64,000 nt of DNA. Source: Thalia democratica. Its lineage: Eukaryota. Of the stretch, positions 58,865 through 64,000 are shown piece after piece; positions within the stretch are counted from its first letter, which is position 1; each line of letters starts with the position of its first letter. A program made the position numbers and the translations under genes. The stretch spans positions 34,224,001 through 34,288,000 of the forward strand of contig OZ241828.1 in NCBI GenBank assembly GCA_965202585.1. Direction: 5' to 3'. The notes beneath the pieces are model-generated. The model ran no database searches, was not told the DNA's origin, and saw only the letters and a list, made by a program, of their open reading frames with translations.

Positions 58865-61800
58865 ATCTAAATTTTACTACTTAATATGTTAAAATTGTTA
58901 AAAATTCCAGATTTTTTCCAGGTTATTTTTGCTTAAATTGTCAAATTCTAGGTTTTATCAGGTTTCTAGGTAAATTGGCAACCCTGTATAGTTTTATTTC
59001 TTAGTATAACTTAGTGACTTTTCAAAAAGCAACTGGAAATATCATGAGGTGATAGTTAGTAATAAATAACATAGATTTTTACAAACAATTTATAACCCCA
59101 AATAATATATATGTCAGGTTACAAAATAGTGAGAGGGATTCCAATCGTCTATGATATATGTAATTGTTAAATATGGAAATATATAAATGAAAATATAATA
59201 TTTATTATAAAGTAGGAGTCATAAGCACAAGATTTTTTTCTTTTTTTTTTTCATAAATAAAATAAACTTTTTTGTTTAAGTTTTACCTCAGGGCCAAATA
59301 ATTAATAGCAAGCTAAAAATAGTAAAATAGCAAGAAAAAAAGTAAAAATCTTATGACAACCCAAAATTTTAAAATCGCCCCCTTTTCGCCCCCTTACTAG
59401 TTATCGCCCACCCTTTCGCCCCCTTACTAATTATCGCCCCCCAAAATACTAAAATCGCCCCCAGGGGGGCGATTTCGCCCACTTTGGGAAACCCTGCACT
59501 AGACTTACAAGCCAATATTCGTTAGTAAACTTAAAATAAATGGAATGCAGCAAAAAAAAAAAGGGAAAATATTTTTTTCTAATTTCCACATCAGTCTTAG
59601 TGAAAAAATCAATTTAAAAACATGCATGTCAAATAAATGTGTTAAACAAGCTAGTCAAAAGCAAAAAAAAGTATACAATAGTTTTATTAAAAAAGTTAGA
59701 TTTGCTAGTTGTAATCATGTAAACATTTAATTCTTAAAACTAACAAAAATATATTATTTAAGTTTTTCAAACTGTACTTTATGTATGTAAATTGTTGTTT
59801 GTGATTGTTTATCATTATTTTTGTTGTTGTATATAAAACGTTTGTTGAATTTTTCGATGTTTAAAAGTTTTATGTATAGCTTCTTAAAAGTATAAAAATA
59901 GTGTCTAAATTTTAGCTATCAACTATTTCCTCTAACGTTTATTTCCATACTATAATAAGTTTATTTCTTAAAATATCATAAATATGAAATAATTATTTTA
60001 AATTACATTTAAAATGTTACAAAATTTGGCTGATTATTTAGCTGAGTTTAACTTTAGAACAACTTTTTTTAGTATAATTTTTTTTTAAATACTAATATTC
60101 ACGGTAAAAATGGAACAATAAAGTTAACCGTTTTCAATTTATATGTGATTTTATTTATTTAAACTCGAATACCGAATGATGATACTTTTTTAACTCAAAT
60201 TTAAGCCACTCAAAGCGATGTTGAGCTAAAGCAAAGCCCCAATCACGTTTTGAGAGAATGATGATGAAAAAAGTGATTGATTTTTTATAAAACATTCTCG
60301 TATTTGGCAATTCAGTGCACCATGCATGCGCAATACCGGTTAGAGTGTTATTTTTTTTTATTTCACATCATTAAAAATAAGAAATTTTTTGTTAACTTGT
60401 TTCCTGTTGTTTAGTTTAAGATAATAGCTTAGTTTAATTGTTCAATACTTTTAACAAGCTTTTAGACGAATGAGTCAGTTTTCAGTTGGTTTTTTCAATT
60501 TTAGCCTATGTTGTGAGTCGTAATTAATTAAATTATTATCAGTAATTGTATCAGAAAACAAAAAAAAAGTTAAATTTGCTTAATCGAACCTTACGTTGAC
60601 ACTATGTAATTACTTTTAAATGTATATTAATAGAAAACTGAACTTTTTATGTTTACCAGTAGGTTTGTGATACTTTTGTTTCCGATTGCAGTCACAGCAA
60701 AGTTGTGAAATGAGTTCAAACATGCAACTCTTAAATGTCACTCATTATTGAACTTGCGCAAATATAAAACTTCAAGTTTACCTCTCACTATTGCAACCTT
60801 CTTTCTTATCGCTTTTTTCAGTTTAAAAATTTCTAAGCTTCATTCTTATTGCCACTAATCAGCGTAGCGTCTCAGTTCTACATAAAGTAAATAAAAATTT
60901 CAGATAATTTCAAAGATGAAAGGTTGTTGAAGATGAACACTTGAACTTGCTCTTATTTGTTTGCTTTTTATTTGTTTGCATCTTCTTAAGTTTCAGTCTT
61001 CAAATTTTCGCTAATTGCTTAGTGGAACGGCAATAAATTGAGTTTATAACCAATAGAAACAGATCGGGGTTGTTAAAAGCAATCAATATTTTTCCCTCTC
61101 TAGCAATGCTGGCCAATTTTAATGATTTTTTGGGTGGTTAGTTGGCTACTGTCAGCTGTTGCTAAGCTCTCCTTATTACTAAGCCTAAGTTTTGAGCCAT
61201 AATCGGCTTAAAGTTAACAGTAAGTGTGCAGGATGTTTTAAAGACTGCCTTTGAAAATCAGTTTAGCTTTTCTTTCCTGTTTGCTATGTTTTATATTTAT
61301 AAACGAAAGTATTTTACAAGTTTTTATGTTTGCAAATAATGTTCAGTTCAAATGTATATTTTTGTGAAGAAAAACATAAGAATAACAAAACATTTATACT
61401 TGATTGCAAACAAATCAAAGAAATTTCAAACAATGTTTAGAAAAACATTTTTTTTTGTTAGTTTAGTTACGCTTACAACACTTCTTTGGCGCTGAATGTT
61501 CTGATTGTATTATTTCTTCAACTTCTTATAATCAGCAATCAACGGCTGTCGAAACTGTATAAACACGCCTATAAATTTGTTTGGTGTGCTAATTTGCTGA
61601 ACTGTAAAATAAATTTTGTTTTTTTTCAAAAAAAAAGTTGACATACAAACAGCATTAGCTTTTTACAACGCAGTGATAAATCTGAATACTTCCTTAATGT
61701 ATGTTCACAATGCACGGAATTCGTTTGTATCACTAATCTACTTTAAGTCTACAAAAATGATATTAAGTTTATAATTTGTTGTAAGCGTGTGAATTACTAT

Positions 61801-62497
61801 GAAGTTATTTAGTATTTATAAAATGTTTTAACTTTTTTATAACGCTTAAGCTGTTAAAAAGGCATTGTACATATTAACCGGTATAAGTAAGGGTTGAAAA
61901 GAAAATGTTTTATATATTATAGCGTTAGTGTTCTGTTTGATACTGATAATCCTTTTTTTTAAACAGCTTGTTAAGTTTACTTAGTATTTTTAACTTGTTT
62001 TTTTATCAGTATCCAAGTTCTTTAATGAGACGACAAATTAAAATTTACTACGCGTTTTTCATCAATGTAGTTAAAAAAATCAAACTGCCTTTATACAATG
62101 TTATAACTATCCTTATAAAAGTACCTATTATATTAAAGTGCGCTCTACTTGTTATGAAAATAATTATTCGTAAAGAATTTTTCAGTTGTTATTTAAAAAA
62201 ATAAAAATAATAACTTTTTTATACACTAAAATTTAGAACAAGTATAGTCGAATAGCAAAGTTATAGCTTAAATATTGTTAACAGAAGTATAATATATTAT
62301 ATCTTAAACAAATCCAATACTTAAAATTATTTTTCTAGTATATAAGTTATTGCAGCTGTATGTGTAATATTAATTGAACTAAAATCAAAAAGTATGAAAA
62401 ACTGAAGATTACTACTCAAACAATAAAAAGAGAAAACTAACAGAAGAACTTGAATTTTTCATGAAAATTTTCTATTTAAGTGCCTCAAGAAGTCATT

Positions 62498-62570
62498 ATG
62501 AGTTTAATACGCAAGAGTCAAAGTTGCCTGCTTTTTATCCAACTACTTTTCAGCTTAATGAAAATTTCAA
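62498..62570 (+). CDS. robo: Exon 1 of the second robo copy: MSLIRKSQSCLLFIQLLFSLMKIS
   Basis: Homologous to 12989-13061; ATG and A|GTAAGT donor intact; 4 amino-acid changes. Downstream exons would lie outside the window, so function is unknown. Confidence 0.6.
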
Positions 62571-64000
62571 GTAAGTTTCGTGCTTTTTTGTTATTCTTTT
62601 AAATAATTTATTTTCTGCTTAGTTTTGTATGTTTCTAACTGTTTTTATAATTTCAAAATATTATAAGTTAGTTTATTTTATGGTTTAAAAGTATTGTTTA
62701 CTAATAAATAAACAGTCAACAGGTCATAAATAAAACTAGTATATATAAAAACTTAATCTATATTATCTCCTAGTTTGTGTAAATTTTACTGAAACTAACT
62801 CTTTATTACAAATAGTAAGACAAAATATCAAAAGTTTAGTCATAATAAAGAGTTTTAGTAGTAGTATTTTTTCTCCAACAAAATCAACTTTTAATCAATA
62901 ACAAAGTTTTGATAAATTATCACTTTTTATTGGGTTTTAAATCAAAAACTATTAACATATTTTTAAACACAATTTTTGGAACATTAAGTAAAAGAAAAAC
63001 AGATCTAAAAAAATTATACTAAAAATATTAAATTAGTTTTTTATATATGATTTAGAATTTTTTACTTTGGATTTTTCGTTTAAAGATAGTATTAATTATC
63101 AAGTACATTTTTGAAAACAATTGCTTAAAGTACAAAATTTTTACTCATTTAGGGAACAAATCTTACTAGTAATTTACTTAATCCTACACAATATCACATA
63201 TCACAATACATAAAAGTAATCATTGTTAATTTTCACTTTGGATTTCTAATCAAAAAAAAAAAACTAAGTTTAAATTATATAATTCATTATACAAAATAAT
63301 ACAAGAAATTTGCACGAATTGAGAAAGCTATTTGTAGCTATTAGCAACCCGTGAAAAACAGAGCATGTCTGATTTAGAAGCTTCAAACAATTCTGTTCAG
63401 TGATGCAAAAACGAATGCATCAGAAGTGAATGCAGCCAATTAGTATGACAAAATCTTTCCGACTCAATTAAGATCCATGATTTCTCTTGGGAGCTTAACA
63501 AGCTTTCTCATTATTTTTGAACTCAAAGTTGATTTTGCTAGTTATTTTTATAATTCATAACAAAAGGAAAATAAAATGCAACCTCTGAACATTCAAAAAC
63601 TATCTAGTTTAAATTGAAAACCATATTTTTTAAAGTCTGTTAACGTTTAATTTTTATACTAGTGTCTGATTACAATGTATACAGATACTTCTATTTTTTA
63701 AATTTAAAATAACTTGGATTAGCCGACACAAAAATAAAAAAGTTTTGCTTGAAGTAGAACTTGTGAAATGATAAAAAAAATATTCATTTTAATTAAAAAA
63801 CAGATTAAAATCAATTATAACTTTTTAATTTTGAAAAAACGCTTCTATTGAGATTGATGAATAATTTATTGAGCGAAAAAAATTGATTATTGAAAGCTAC
63901 CGGCTGCTACATTCAGAACTTTATTGTCATTATTGGCGCCCTTATCAAACTTTTTTTACATTATTTTGATTTAATTATAATTTAATTCACCGTGGCAATT

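Larger units (their letters stand above)
56149..59496 (-). mobile_element. Non-autonomous hAT (Buster-type) DNA transposon, 3348 bp
   Basis: Perfect 14-bp TIRs CAGGGTTTCCCAAA / TTTGGGAAACCCTG; 8-bp TSD CACTAGAC (56141-56148 and 59497-59504) with central TA as in Buster elements; single uninterrupted CACTAGAC at 9961-9968 in copy 1; transposase remnant inside. Confidence 0.95.
46159..64000 (+). repeat. Copy 2 of the segmental duplication (includes a 3.35-kb transposon absent from copy 1); continues beyond the right edge
   Basis: Same collinear alignment; offset 46158 at the start and 49509 at exon 1 after the insertion. Confidence 0.97.

Noticed and set aside
59374-59462. TCGCCCCC repeats as a CRISPR-like array
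   Set aside because: Eukaryotic context, no unique spacers of regular length; these are transposon subterminal repeats

Overview
Very AT-rich animal genomic DNA. It is probably an invertebrate: introns go down to 60 nt, but the species cannot be called from the sequence. The window is dominated by one + strand gene, which I rebuilt by hand into 26 phase-consistent coding exons (12989-37418, 4269 nt, about 1420 aa). The architecture is signal peptide, 5 Ig, 3 FN3, Thr-rich stalk, one TM helix and a ~510 aa N/Q/S-rich tail. This is a Roundabout (Robo)-like receptor. The rebuild needs one GC-AG intron and includes one in-frame exon that could be skipped. Positions 1-~14.5 kb (upstream region, exon 1 and start of intron 1) recur in direct orientation at 46159-64000. 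This is either a tandem segmental duplication of the locus or an uncollapsed haplotype. Divergence between the copies is mosaic: ~1-4% distally and ~10% near the putative promoter. All exon-1 changes alter the signal peptide. Copy 2 alone carries a 3348-bp non-autonomous Buster-type hAT transposon (perfect 14-bp TIRs, 8-bp TSD CACTAGAC), and the empty site is visible in copy 1. RFX X-box-like 14-mers recur upstream and inside coding exons. I found no RNA genes or CRISPR arrays. Most ORFs in the supplied track are AT-rich noise or read-through of real exons.
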